Source: Neoechinorhynchus agilis
Lineage: Eukaryota; Animalia; Acanthocephala
DNA length: 64,000 bases
Direction of reading: 5' to 3'
NCBI GenBank assembly: GCA_051530055.1
Contig: CM121341.1
Span: forward strand, 310,001-374,000
Under the pieces are notes generated by a model that was not told where the DNA came from, ran no database searches, and saw nothing but the letters and a program-made list of their open reading frames with translations. Made by a program: the position numbers and the translations under genes. Each line of letters opens with the position of its first letter. Positions within the stretch are counted from its first letter, which is position 1. This document shows positions 23,277 through 36,009 of this stretch, one piece after another.

Positions 23277-23459
23277 AGTGTCGAGTGCCTGTCCACCATA
23301 TGCTTTTAGGCGAAGACCTCTCTAAGCGGTTTAGATCCTAATTGTGTCCAAATCCGCATCGGGATCACCGAGACACCGGCACCCGTGTCATATTCCATCT
23401 CCACTGATCTTGTTGTAGAACCGAAAACGTGGTTTTATTTAGCTAACGGAACCGCGAAA

Positions 23460-24605
23460 ACGTTTCATGGTACAACGAACGATAACGGTTAGTAATCGAT
23501 AATATAATTACATTTATGATGTTGTCGAAACTAATCGATATCACAATCTTCCATCGTGTTCGATTGTTTCCCTGGTCGCCGGCAAGACCGTCTGACTTCT
23601 CGCCCGTCTTCCATTATATACTTCGAGCCCATTCGACTAGAATCCGAATCCAATCCAGTATAGCCATCCTGAGTGCCGCGTTCCGGTATTTCAGTACTAT
23701 TGTGCTTAGATCTTGATTCAGTAGTTTGAGATTGAAGCACGTCATCACCAGTCGTTTGAGCGATATCCGACCCATACGGGGCTAGACGTTGGGTTGAAAC
23801 GACGCCTTGTCGTCCATCAGCGTATTGGATCAACGAATGCTTTTCGCCTCCACTTATTAGAGTTACTTCATCCACTTCATTCTCGTACTTGGACTTTCTG
23901 TTCAGATTCTTGAGGTATGCCTTATCACTTGATACAATCCAACTTGGTGGTGGCATGGATGTCATACTCCTTCTTGGATAATTGAATATTCGTTCATGAG
24001 GCGTTTGCCCCGTACTAGTGCAGAGAAGTGTTCGTATTTCCGAAAGTGCCTCATGGAGGACCTGGGGCCATTTATTTAAAGGAAGATCTTGATCTGCAAG
24101 CAAGAGCTGGATGGTTTTCCACACTGTTCCATTGTAGCGTTCACACTGACCGTTGCCTTGCGCGTGGAATGCAGTCGTGTGACTGAGGCAAACGTTCTGT
24201 GCATTTAGCCATTCTCGAATATCCTTGCAGTTGAAAGAAGCTCCGCGGTCAGAGTGAACGTAATCAGGACATCCGAAAAGTGCAAAGATTCGTGATATAC
24301 ATAATTTAGGGGTTTCAGTTGAGCAGTCTGTGCAAGCAAATGCGATTGGGAACCGCGAATATTCGTCTACGGCGACTAAAAAATACCGCGGACCGCTTGC
24401 TGTGGACGGTAATGGACCTTTGAAATCCACAGATATTCGTTCGAATGGTTTGGTGGCTTTGATCAAATGTAGACCAGAAGATTTGAAAAATCTTGGTTTT
24501 ATTCGGCAGCATACCGAACAAGATGCCGTTACTTTTCTTATTTCCTCCGTAGAATAAGGAAGATTATTTTGTTTGATGTAGTGAGCATCCTGGTGACACG
24601 TGGAT
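23460..24605 (-). mobile_element. Second gypsy-type integrase fragment from a different family
   Basis: H..C..C finger, PFERISVDFKGPLP, VHSDRG, GNGQCER. Confidence 0.88.
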
Positions 24606-26230
24606 GTCCGATGAACAATACGGAGGAGAATGGATGATATTGTGATCGGTCTCCAGCCGGACATTGACTTCAAAGCTTCATTTCCCATCCCATTTTTCAG
24701 TAGTGAAATAGTCTTGTTTTCTAGTCAAGATTTTGGAGGAGAGCCAACTTGCATTTCAGAGTTGTCCAATACTGTAAGCTCTACAATGTGCTTATCGAAG
24801 GCCCGAATTTCGCGAAGTGATATCTTATCGGGACCGACGGAACTGCTTGACTTTATGCCGTGAATCGCAACTTGTATTTCCTCTACGGTTACAGCAGGCG
24901 ATAATTCCTCCAACGAAAGCAAATCACGCGAACCAGAATTGAGAGGAGAGATACGATTCGTCACTTGGGAATCCTCGAATAGTGAACGTAAGTGTTTGAC
25001 ACATTCTGGTTGTAGCATAGTAGGCTGGCGGTTTTCGCACCACCTAAATATCAAGTTGGCATTTGAGTATACACCACAAAATCACATTGAAAGGCAGTCG
25101 CTGCGGCCTACAAGATGTAGTGAGCTGAAGGTTCGTTATCCTGTTTAAGAGAATCCAGTATGTCGCTTAGTGTGACATTTGCGTCAGGAAGCCTTTTAAC
25201 AGCATGCTCATAGTATTGGCGTTCAAGTGAAACAGAGTCATAGATGCGGTCCCTTACTCTCCTCCATTGTGTAGGGTTCTCGAGGACGAGAAAGGCGGCG
25301 GTCACCAGTGTCATTGTTGAATTTTTCTTTAGCTTCATAATTTTGAAGTCGAGACTGCACGCGCGGGACATCGACGGGCATTCGGGAGAACCTTGCCGCC
25401 CACATTTCAAGTACGACAGATATCGCGCACTCTTTAATTCGATGAATTCCTGATTCACTGGACCAGCTTGATTGCGTAGCACTTCAGATTCATCGCTTAG
25501 AAATGACGCTAGCGCGGATGAATATCCCGTCGTTGAAGACAGTTTAGAATAAGTTCGTGTCCCTCCTGTGCTGAAAACGCATATGGCCCAATATAGGGTG
25601 TAGGCACCTGATACAGGTTTGCGCGGAGGTATATACTAGATTTAAGGTAGACATCATTGTTGAGGTAGGAATACAAGTTGGGGCAGGTCTGACTGTGGCA
25701 ATTTCAGAGGTTGATGCATCGCCATTGCATTGGGTGTCATTGTACGCAGGATTTAGAGAAAGATGAGAAGATTTAACACCTGAGTCGTCACTGCTTTCTG
25801 TAGTAACCCTTACTTCCTGCTGAACAAAATCGTTGAAATCATCATCCATTCGACATGCCTTGTTGGGCGAGTGTTGTAAAAGATTTCCTCCTTGATCTGA
25901 TAGCCTTGGCAATCGTTTTAGAGAAAAGTCTTTAAAAGCTTCTGAGGCTGCGGGATTTGAATTAAGGCAGTTTTCTGAGTCTTCTGGTTTGCATGCTGAT
26001 TTCAAGTTTTTATCTTTGGAAGCGGTCTGACAATGCCCCTAAACTTGATGATTTTAAAACCAAGCTGTCGCGCCCGACTTCAACACTACGGCCACAACGA
26101 AAATACTGCGCATATCGCGTAGCAGCGTTAACATATCCCCATTACTTGATCCTTCCGGTCAACGGAGGATCCTTGGATGGAGGCGTTTCTTGTACAGCAC
26201 AACCAGTACGCTCAAATACGCCTCGACCAC
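24606..26230 (-). mobile_element. R2-family fragments (copy C: linker, OTU-like region, RT start; plus a second small fragment at ~26080-26230)
   Basis: LKCGR..LKKNSTMTLVTAAFLVL, VGPDKISLREIRAFD, WRPITISSILLRI. Confidence 0.85.
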
Positions 26231-26539
26231 TGTAAAAAAATGACACGACTTTACAGTCTGCCTTTATTGTGTCCCTTCACACTGGCATAATGACTGTGGC
26301 GTATGATGAACATAGCAAACCTGGCTTTGCACTTTTGTACCACCCACCAGTGAAGATGACCGGACAGAGGCAGGGGATTGATTTCCGTATGCAATTACTT
26401 CTTGATCATAAGGCTTCTCATTCCTCGAGAATCAGTTCAGCCTCGATTGCAGACTCTGGTTTTGCCATTTCGGGTGTTGAGCTCCTCTCGTCTGGCAATG
26501 TGCATCAGGCAAACCGCCTCCAGGTAAAGAGAAGTGGTG

Positions 26540-27670
26540 GTGAAACCCAAGGGTTAAAAGAAGCGATGCGGCGAATGCGAGATACTAAGAAGATATGGAA
26601 CCAGGCTCGAGCAGTTGCATCTCATTAGGGTTTAAAACAGGGAAAGAAAAATGCGAGAAGGGAATGCGCGGTGGCAAAGAGAGGCGGATAGAGAGATCTA
26701 TGAGGCACTAGAAAAAAACCATGGGAGTGGAAAGATCTTCAAGATCGCACAAATTCACGACAAAAGTCAAAGGATATTTCCGGTATCAAAAGGATCAAGG
26801 ATTCGCCGAGAAGTTCGTTGTGAAACGAAAAAGAGGTTCTTCTAAGATGGCGAGAGTATTTCAATAAACTCCTGAGCGCGAATGCAGTGCGACCGTTCTC
26901 CTACAATGAAGTTGCGAGACAGCTTGGACGCATGAAATTCGGGAAAAGCGTTGGACCGGATGGTATCCCGATCGAAATATGGAAAGCGTTGTGTCATTTT
27001 GGTATCCAAGTGTTGACAAATCTATATCGAAGTAATCACAAATTGGGAAATGCCCGAAGCTTTCCGATCTACGAAAAGGGGATATTGAACAATGTAGTAA
27101 CTATAGGGGCATAAAGGTTATGAGTCACACAATGAAACTGTATTAACGGCTTCTATAGAGTAGACCGAGAGAAGACATCCGCATCGAAAAACATCAGAGA
27201 AGTTTTGTGCCAGGACGGAGAACAACAGAATTGATCTTTCTAATCGGACAATTCTACGAGAGATACAATGAAAAACAGAAGCCCCTATACAATGTATTCG
27301 TGGACCTTGAGAGCCTATGATACAGTGCCAAGAGACTTAATATGGACGTGCCTCAGAAAAAAGAACTGTTCGAGGAATACATAAGAGCAATCATGATCAT
27401 GTACGAAGGATCCTGCACATGTGTCAGATGCAGTCTGGGAGAGACAAACTGTTTTGAGGTTACAGATGGATTGCATGAGGGATCAGTTCTCAGTTCGTTC
27501 CTATTCGTCACGATCATGGATGTGTTGGGTTCTAAGCAAATCGCCCGAAAGCCTCCATGGACACTATTGTTCGCTGATTACTCGATTGTGGCAGCTGAAA
27601 CACGTGAAGATGCTTAGCAAAGTCTGGAAGGGTGGCGTGAGGCACTGGAAGCCAACGGTCTTAAAGTGAG
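26540..27670 (+). mobile_element. RTE-clade LINE fragment, decayed
   Basis: MKFGKSVGPDGIPIEIWK, GLHEGSVLSSFLF..MDVL, PWTLLFADY. Confidence 0.8.
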
Positions 27671-27799
27671 CTGTTCGGCACTTGCACCTGTTCAGAGTTG
27701 ATCGTCCAAAGAAGGTTGCGCTGGTACGACAAAGTTTCGAAGTGCGAAGCAGATCGCATACAGCGCAGCACGGAGAAACTGGAGCGTTTTCTTTCTCCC

Positions 27800-28230
27800 G
27801 TCAACGTACTCTAATCAATGAACGGTAAATGAGAATAGGCCAAGTATTTCGCTCCTGTTGATGTTCCACTAAATAAGTGCTTTGAATGAGCTACTGAAAC
27901 TCAAAAGGGTTCATAAATTGAAGGGATGAGCACAGTAAAAAATATATTAGCGGAGGCTATTCAGTTCGAAATTGAAGCCCGTAACGATCGGATCGTGAAG
28001 CGGCCACAAAGGAGAATACATACGGCTTTGGTAAAGACCGCGAATATTTCGTCAATTGCTAGGGACTTGATACTAGCCCTAGAGGATATTCAGCATGTAG
28101 TACCTGATTCTGAGCGAGTAGAAACAAGAGCAAAAGGAGGAACACCATCAAAATACATCAACCCTCCGGTTCATTTCGGCATTGATACGATTCTATCTCC
28201 CGTCGCTCTGAATTCGCCATCGAAAATATG
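27800..28230 (+). mobile_element. CR1/L2-like LINE 5'/ORF1 fragment
   Basis: Clear similarity to 31820-32400 (AAATAAGTGCTTTGAA...CAGTTCGAAATTGAAGC). Confidence 0.7.
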
Positions 28231-28980
28231 ACGTCGTGAGCCTAAAAGTTAGAACACGTGCTCGTGCAATATCTTCTGATTTTGAGGAAATAAAATACAG
28301 TAAAATAGAAATCGACTGCTTTGTTTTATTGCCGCTTTATTTTCGTCGTTGTTTATATCGAAAACATGTTAAATCCATAACGCGTTAATCATTGAGAAAG
28401 TTATAGTTACGCCCGGCGTTTACCCGTTGCAAAAAACCTTACAGGAAAACAGAAATCTACTGCAGTGTTTTATTTGTGCTTTAGTTTATTCGTTTCTTAT
28501 ATCGATAACATTACGTCGTGAGCTTAATAATTAAAACAAATACTCATGCAATGTCTTCGGATTTCGAGCAAATAACATACATGAAAACAAAAATTTACTG
28601 CAGTGTTTTATTGGTGCTTGGGTTTCCTCGTTTTTTGCATCGCAAAAAAGACGTCATCGGCTTGAAAATTAGAACACGTTCTCATGCAAAATCTTCTGAT
28701 TTTGACCAAATAACATAGTGGAAACCTGAAATAGACTTAGGTGCTTTATTGCTGCTTTATTTTTCGTTCTTTATATCGAAAATATGACGTTATCTACTTC
28801 AAAATTAGAACACGTGCTAGAGCAACATCTTCAGATTATGAGCAAATAACATACAGGAAGACAGAAATCTACTCCGGTGTTTTATTGCATCTCTATTTTT
28901 TCTTTCGTTTATATCGATCAAAAAAGTTAAAAATTTAAACACGTGCTCATGGAATATCTTCTGATTGTGAGCCATATAAA
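28230..28980. repeat. Degenerate ~135-140-bp tandem repeat (about 5 copies)
   Basis: AAAATTAGAACACGTGCT..ATCTTCTGATT recurs at ~28245, 28665, 28801 and 28932. Confidence 0.7.
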
Positions 28981-28982
28981 CC

Positions 28983-30190
28983 AAATAAAAACCGAGATTT
29001 GAAAACGCATTCGTTTACTCACCCTTTGATCTTCGCTTTAATTTTGACGCGCTTTGGAAAAACATTAACAATAAAATAAAAACTCGAGATTTGAAAACGC
29101 ATTCGTGTACTCACTCTTAGTTCTTCACTTTAATTTAGACGCGCTCTTAAGAAACATTACCAATCAAATAAAAACTCGAGATTTGAAAACACATTCGTCT
29201 ACTCACTCCTAGATCTTCGCTTAAATTTAGACGCGCTTTGGAAAAACATTAACAATAAAATAAAAAATCGAGATTTGAAAACGCATTCGTGTACTCATTC
29301 TTACTCCTTCACTTTAATTTAGACGCGCTCTTAAGAAACATTACCAATCAAATAAAAACTCGAGATTTGAAAACACATTCGTCTACTCACTCTTAGATCT
29401 TCGCTTAAATTTAGACGCGCTTTTGGAAAACATTACCAATCAAATAAAAACTCGAGATTTGAAAACGCATTCGAGTGCAGACTCTTAGAGCATTACTTTG
29501 ATTTAGATGCGCTTTTGGAAAACATTATCAATCAAATAAAAACTCGAGATTTGAAAACACATTCGTTTACTCACTCTTAGTGTTTCACTTTAATTTAGAC
29601 GCGCTTTTGGAAGGCATTACCAATTAAATAAAAACTCGAGATTTAAAAACGCCTTCGTGTACTCACGCCTAGTTCTTCGCTTTAATTTAGACGCGCTCTT
29701 GGAAAACATTACCAATCAAATAAGAACTCCAGATTTGAAAACGCATTCGAGTGCTAACTCTTATAGATTCAATTTAATTTATATGGGCTTTTCAAAAACA
29801 CTATCAATCAAATAAAAACTCGAGATTTGAAAACGCATTCGTTTACTCACTCTTAGTGCTTCACTTTAACCTAGACGCGCTTTTGGAAAATATTATCAAT
29901 CAAATAATAACTCGAGATTTGAAAACGCATTGGTGTACCCACTCTTAGTTCTTCGCTTTAATTTAGACGCGCTTATGAAAAATATTATCGATCAAATAAA
30001 AACTCGAGATTTGAAAACGCACTCGTTTACTCACTCTTAGTACTTCACTTTAATTTAGACGAGCTTTTGGAAAATATTATCAATCAAATAAAAACTCGAG
30101 ATTTGGAAACGCATTCGTGTACTCGCTCTTTGATCTTCACTTTAATTTAGAGGAGCTTTTGGAAAACATTATCAATCAAATAAAAACTTT
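28983..30190. repeat. 92-bp tandem array, about 13 copies
   Basis: Unit AAATAAAAACTCGAGATTTGAAAACGCATTCG...TTTAATTTAGACGCGCTTTTGGAAAACATTA recurs every ~92 bp. Confidence 0.95.
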
Positions 30191-30499
30191 TGGTCAATAG
30201 TCACAAAAGTTAAAGATAACTAAATTTGCAAGATTCATTAAAATTGGATAACACCATTAAAATCAGCGCGTCAGATATGCTCAAACTGATATATCATTTT
30301 GTTGCCAATTTTAAGAACCATGGAAATAATTCAGGTATCTTATATGAACTAGAATCATAAAACTTAGTGTCAAAATTTAACACGCAACAAGACGCCGTTA
30401 TTGCAGGTGTATTCAGCATCAAAAGTATATCTAGAAAAGTTAATTTGATCTTAAATTTATTGATGTTTTAATATCACTAATCAAGGTTATAAGTCTCAG

Positions 30500-31372
30500 A
30501 ATTGAACAGCGAATAACTCAAGAACCATATAAGACGATCCTAAGAAAACGTGCAAATTCGTTATTAAGCGTGTTGCATTGCGCAATACAATCGAAAGGGA
30601 ACCGGGTTAATATTCCCGAGCCAGGAAGCGGTTTATGCTTGATCTTTTCAGATGTTCTTCTTGGGCAGATGATGTTCAGCATAAGTGGTGACACTAGCAA
30701 TCCCAGAGAATAACTATACGAGGTCTAGGGAAGAGTTTTCTCTTCTTTGTTAGGAACTTTATCCCTGGAATTAGATCGTCTGTTGATATTGTACACGTTC
30801 CGTAATGCAGCGCGATTCCTGCGATGTATCGAGCGCTTTGTATTGTCCTTGAAAATCTGGTTACGAGAATATTCAGACCGTACCAGTTCGTACGTATTTC
30901 CGCAGCAGGTCTCCAAGGTGAGTAGCCTCTAGTCGACAGGGAAACGTAGGCAAGGGAAGTCGGCAAATTAGATCTGTAACTTCGGAAAAAGGATTGGCTC
31001 TACAAGCTGAGATGGCCGGGCTTTCGCGAGAAGCGGTATGTTGTCGACTATTGGATCTGTCCCAGTTATTTGCTCTTGCGAAAGAGTCGATTTCGAGGAC
31101 GGAACTTGGTGCTGCGTACTGTGGACAGCGATAGTTATGCTCCGCGTTTGTTCGGCGTATCCAAAAGGGCACGCTTGCTTCTTGCGCGGGGAACCGATCA
31201 GCGTTAAACAGCTGGCCTTGAACTGGTATGGACAAGGCTAATCCAACTGTTGAATTAAAACAAAGCATTGCGATAGCTGTAATCGTTGTTGACGCAATGT
31301 GATTTCTACCCAGTGCTCTGAATGTTAAAGTGACGAAATTAATTTAAGCGGGGGTAAACGGTGGACGTAACT
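30500..31372 (+). rRNA. 28S: 28S rRNA internal fragment ending ~20 nt before the R2 site
   Basis: GAAAGGGAACCGGGTTAATATTCCCG, CCGCAGCAGGTCTCCAAGGTGA, GGGAAGTCGGCAAATTAGATC, GTGATTTCTACCCAGTGCTCTGAATG, ends GGTAAACGGTGGACGTAAC. Confidence 0.93.
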
Positions 31373-31729
31373 GGCCTGGAACACAGGCAGGAGTTTTAAT
31401 CACTTTTCACGATTGAAATCATGTTTTTCTAGATTCTCGGAAATCGGGCAAGTGATTTCAATCGCTATGGTGGTAGCCTCCAGACACTTTCGAGATGACT
31501 AGTGTTCGCATCCTTAGAACTTTGATTTTGTTATTACAAGAAACGAAAATAATTCATTAAATATCTGAATTTTATAATCGACTACCACATTTCAACTCCA
31601 CCGAGCATGATTCTTTTATTACTGTTCCTTTTGGACATGCCAAAACTGGTGCTCAATTGCTCTCCCTTTGCTTGGAGGGAATGAAATACATCGAGACCGA
31701 TTTTTCTGGTTAAAAACGATAGAAGATCT

Positions 31730-34330
31730 GTTTCTCTCTCGACAATGTTCTCTCTCGTCAGCGTCCTATAAACGTCACCGTTAACGTTTTCTTTCTTTTT
31801 TCGTCAACGTTCTCTCCTGGATGTGGCCCAAATAAGTGCTTTGAACGAGTTACTGAAACTCTAAAGGGTTCACTAATTGAAGCGATGAGCACAGTTATAA
31901 ATATATTAGCGGACTCTATTCAGTTCGAAATTGAAGCTCGTAACAGTAAACAGTTGGTCGAAGTCAAAAAATGTAAAGGCAAAAAGGTAACGACTCAAAG
32001 AGGCAGGCAAGGGATTCATAGGTGAATTCTAAGAAACAGATTAAAGGTTTACTGAAATCGGATAGTGAAGCGGTCACTGCGAATATTTCGACAATTACTT
32101 GGGATTTGGTACCAACCAGCCTTAGAGGATATTCAGCATGTAGTACTTGATCCTAAAATTGCTGTGGAGTATGATATTGTGAATTGAATAAAAGGTAACG
32201 ATAGGAAAAGCGAAAGCGAAAGCGATTCACCTTCAGTAACTACTAAGATAGCTACGGTCAAACAAAAGATCGAAGAAACGTCTGAACGACTGGAAACAAG
32301 AACAACAGGAGGAATACTCTCAAAAACAATCAACCCTGTGATTCATTTCGGTAATGATACACCATCTCCACCCCTGCTATCATCTCCCGTTGCTCTGAAT
32401 TCGCCCCACCTTCCTCAACAAACACCAGAACAGGCCTCTAGCAACAAACACTATCATAATATATCATTCAACTACGGACCTACACATAACATCTTCCTCT
32501 CCAGTATCCCCGAAATCACAACATTATCCAAATTAGACCTTCAGAAACACTACATTCATCACCTTAATACTGTCTGTCGACAACTCTTTCCTGAATTCTT
32601 TTTTATTTTTCTTCCCCGGTCTCCTTTCAGCGCATCCCCAACAAAAACTCCAGAAACTCCGTTAATCGTCAATTCAAAATCATTTTCCATCTTCCAAGCA
32701 CCGACTCCTTCCTTCAAAAGCGCTTCTTACTTGTCAATTCCTCCCTACCGTACCGAATATACCAAGACCGCTAACTTCAAACTGTAAATTCCATCCATCA
32801 TTCGCATATGCATAACCGTCTTCTCTCCCCTTCCACTAACTTATTACAATCCAAAACATACTCTCAAAACTCACATGTAAATTTTTGGACATCTCCAAAA
32901 ATCACAACTGTACGTTGGCAAAATCAAACATTGTCACTCGCTCAAAATCCGCTCAGAAACATGCCCACCCAACTCTCCCAACAGTCAACTCTCGCAAACT
33001 ACATCCTCCTTCAAGCTTTTTCAAACTGCCATTTCCCTCCATTTTTTTCACTAACATAAGATCTTTGTTATCAAAAATAGATCATCCTTCACTTTCAGCC
33101 ACTACCACCAACGCAGACATTCTAGTCATTGTGGAAACATGGCTACACTCCTCCAATTCCGTCACCGCCTTGATCCTTGGCTACACGTCTTTCCACGTTA
33201 CCATTTTCATTTTGTCCGACCTTCCCTTACTCCCTCTCTCCCTCAACTCCTTACCAATCACCACACTCAGAATACATCAACATAACGCTTTCTCGCAAAC
33301 TCCGCCCAGGCAGCCGAAATTTAACCATTATCGGCATCTACCATCCTACCTCAGCCAATCTACAAATGGCATCACAGGAGATTGATGCAATGATAGCAAA
33401 TCTTCACTCTCTTGGTCTTGAACATCTAAGCATTCTAAACAACAGATTACAATTTATCGAAATAGTGAGCATCGCCTCGAACACCTTAGCAATCAAGAAG
33501 GGAGTTTTCCAAGGGGCTGTTCTCTCCCTCATTCTTTTCAACAGTTTTCTGAACGATCTTATTCCATCCTCTTTTTATTCTAAATACTTCATGCATGCTG
33601 ATGATCTTAGAATCATTACACATTCATCGACTCTAACTCTCAATCACTTCTAAGGAAATTTCTCACATTCAAGCGTTTTGCTCCTCTAGATGTCTTACCC
33701 TTAACTTAACCAAGTGCTTTGAAATCGTCCCCTCAATCTCAAATAGCCCTTCCGATCAGCCGCTTCGTTTTTCTATCAATCGTGTCTCCTCTGTTCGTGT
33801 ACTTCGTCTTCATTTTCAGAAAAATTGAAAGTGGGCATGCGCAAATCAATCTTGTTGCACAAAGGGTCTATTAAACTCTATCTTCTTAGACGCCTAAGAA
33901 TCCTTGCTTTACCATCAAAAGACCTTAAGTACTTCTTTATGGCCGCCATCCTACAAACGTTCTGCATTTTTTCTTCTAAACTATTCAAAAAACTTAATAC
34001 ATTTCAAAAGGGGTGCGCTCTAACCAGCTCCTCCGAACTCCTGGCGTTAGGAGAACATATTTCTCTAAACCTTCAAAAGCGCTAAGAGCGCCTTCACTCT
34101 TTTCTGCCTCAATTTCTGCCACACATTTCTCTTTTTACTCACACTTACAACACTCGTCGCCACAACATTTTCCATCCTTCAGTTCTTCGTACAAATATGT
34201 ACCTCCGTTCTTTCTCCCCTGCTGCTCGATCCCAAATGCGAATTGATTCGAAGGAAAGAACGGAAAAATACCGCAAATTAAACCAATCAAAATAAAATAA
34301 ATTAAAATCCTCCTGCGCATTAGTATTAGG
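31730..34330 (+). mobile_element. CR1/L2-like LINE, internally deleted (5'UTR, ORF1, APE start, RT C-half, 3' region)
   Basis: APE N-terminus FFTNIRSLLSK..DILVIVETWL; RT GVFQGAVLSLILF..HADDL; CTCT-rich 5'UTR. Confidence 0.8.
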
Positions 34331-34429
34331 AATACCCAAAGATACAATGGTCCTTTGTTTTGTTAACTCACAAATAGATAAACGTGTTATTAAAAAACCT
34401 TCGTCCTGTGTTTGAGACAATTGCCATGA

Positions 34430-35040
34430 TGCCAGAAAGAGAAATCAGTTCATTTGGTACTAACCTATATTTATTCCAGTTTTAGTAACTCACGCACAAC
34501 ACACTGGTGTATTTTTGCCGTGGGGTTGCCTCAGGAATTTGGCAAAATAGCTCTTCATTTTATTAGGGAAATTCTAGAATTTTTTTAGCATTCCTCACAA
34601 TGTAATCTCCAGAACCTACAATATCATATTCACGAAATCTTTCTCTTATGATGATTGCTCCTCAAATACCCTACTTTATCCTCTGACTGGTGTACCGCAG
34701 CCTCATTGACGTGTTATGCTGATGACATAACCTTTGTAATTAAAATCTACAGGGTGGCTAAGAAGAAGCTCTTAATAGAACAATGTATTGATTATCTGAT
34801 TTTATTTTTATCTAAAATGAGCTTATACATAAGTCTATCCAAAGCACAGTGCATTTTAGTCCTTTCCAGTCGGCTTCATGAAGATCTTAAATATTTCTTT
34901 GATGATTTTGTCCGCAATTCCAATTTCATAAACATTATTACTAACACCTCACACAATTTACGCATTCTCAGGCACCTTATCAATGTTAATCCCTCACCCA
35001 AAATCAATGTTAACAAAAGAGTAAAAATCCAAAAATAGAA
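34430..35040 (+). pseudogene. Decayed non-LTR RT fragment
   Basis: LTCYADDITF motif in ORF 34655-35038; GLPQE upstream. Confidence 0.45.
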
Positions 35041-35099
35041 AAATATAAGGCGATTTATGCCAGTAAACGTGGATTGAATGTTAGAAACATACAATCATT

Positions 35100-35490
35100 A
35101 CCGAAAGCATGGGTTTTTTCTTAAGAGTTCAACATCCCCGAACATAAGCCACAGTTCATAAGAGCTTCTATGAAGCATTTAGACTCATTACCTTGTACCA
35201 AGACCGGTGAACTGAAGGATTTTTGCGTGCAAAAATTTGACTTAGTAAAATCCAAGATATAGTGATTGGCCGCACAGGTTTTGGATCCGTATATGCCCGA
35301 GAGCTTGAGTTGTTCTTTGGTAGGAGATTTGTTTTGTTCTCCAGCCATGCTTTTAGACGATGTCCTAGTTGCAATATAGAATTAAAAAGAAAGGTTAATC
35401 CAATAAGATCGCGATCGAATGCCTTTATATTCCGCAACGATATTTTATACGGATCGAGTGCGCTTAATGGTTTTATTCCTCGGATAGCAA
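35100..35490 (-). mobile_element. R2-family RT-start fragment
   Basis: IKAFDRDLIGLT..PVRPITISWIL, matching 48333-48638. Confidence 0.8.
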
Positions 35491-35499
35491 TTTCAATTT

Positions 35500-35778
35500 C
35501 CTCTTTTGAAGTAGATAGCTATGTTCCGCGTTTGTTCGGCGTATCCAAACGGGCACGCTCGCCTCTCGCTCGGGGATCCGATCAACGTTAAACTGCTGGC
35601 CTAGAACTGGTATGGACAAGGGGAATTTAACTGTTGAATTAAAACAAAGCATTGCGATAGCTGTAATCGTTGTTGACGCAATGTGATTTCTACCCAGTGC
35701 TCTGAATGTTAAAGTGACGAAATTAATTTAAGCGGGGGTAAACGGTGGACGTAACCATGACTTTTCCAAGTAGCCAAA
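35500..35778 (+). rRNA. 28S: 28S fragment forming the 5' flank of R2 copy E
   Basis: AGAACTGGTATGGACAAGGGGAAT...GGTAAACGGTGGACGTAACCATGACTTTTCCAAGTAGCCAAA. Confidence 0.92.
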
Positions 35779-36009
35779 ATTTAGATGATAGGTCATCAGG
35801 TACACCCTCTTCCACCGGGGGCTTGGCGCTTCTTTTAGATTGTGTCAATCAACAACTAACGCGTTAGAGTTCCATCGTGTCCTTCAGGAATTTATAAAGT
35901 GCCCAGTTTGCAAGCCAGATGTGATATGTACCGGAAAAACTAAGGTGAAGCTGATTAACGATCACATTGTATCATCCCACAAGCAGGTTGTGGAATGGAT
36001 GTGTGGCAT

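Larger units (their letters stand above)
20230..23450 (-). mobile_element. Ty3/gypsy LTR retrotransposon (protease, RT, RNase H, integrase, PPT, 3' LTR); 5' part missing
   Basis: DTGA protease (~23380); RT SKLDLNDAYLQ, YTRLPFGI, LDDIV; RNase H TDHKPL, ADALSR; integrase PWERIHIDYAGP..NGQAER; PPT AAGGAGGGGAGAAA (20364-20377). Confidence 0.93.

Noticed and set aside
28983-30190. CRISPR-like array
   Set aside because: Units are contiguous 92-bp repeats with no unique spacers, there are no cas genes, and the context is eukaryotic
30610-30700. 28S hidden break region
   Set aside because: The expansion segment is present, but a processing site cannot be inferred from DNA alone
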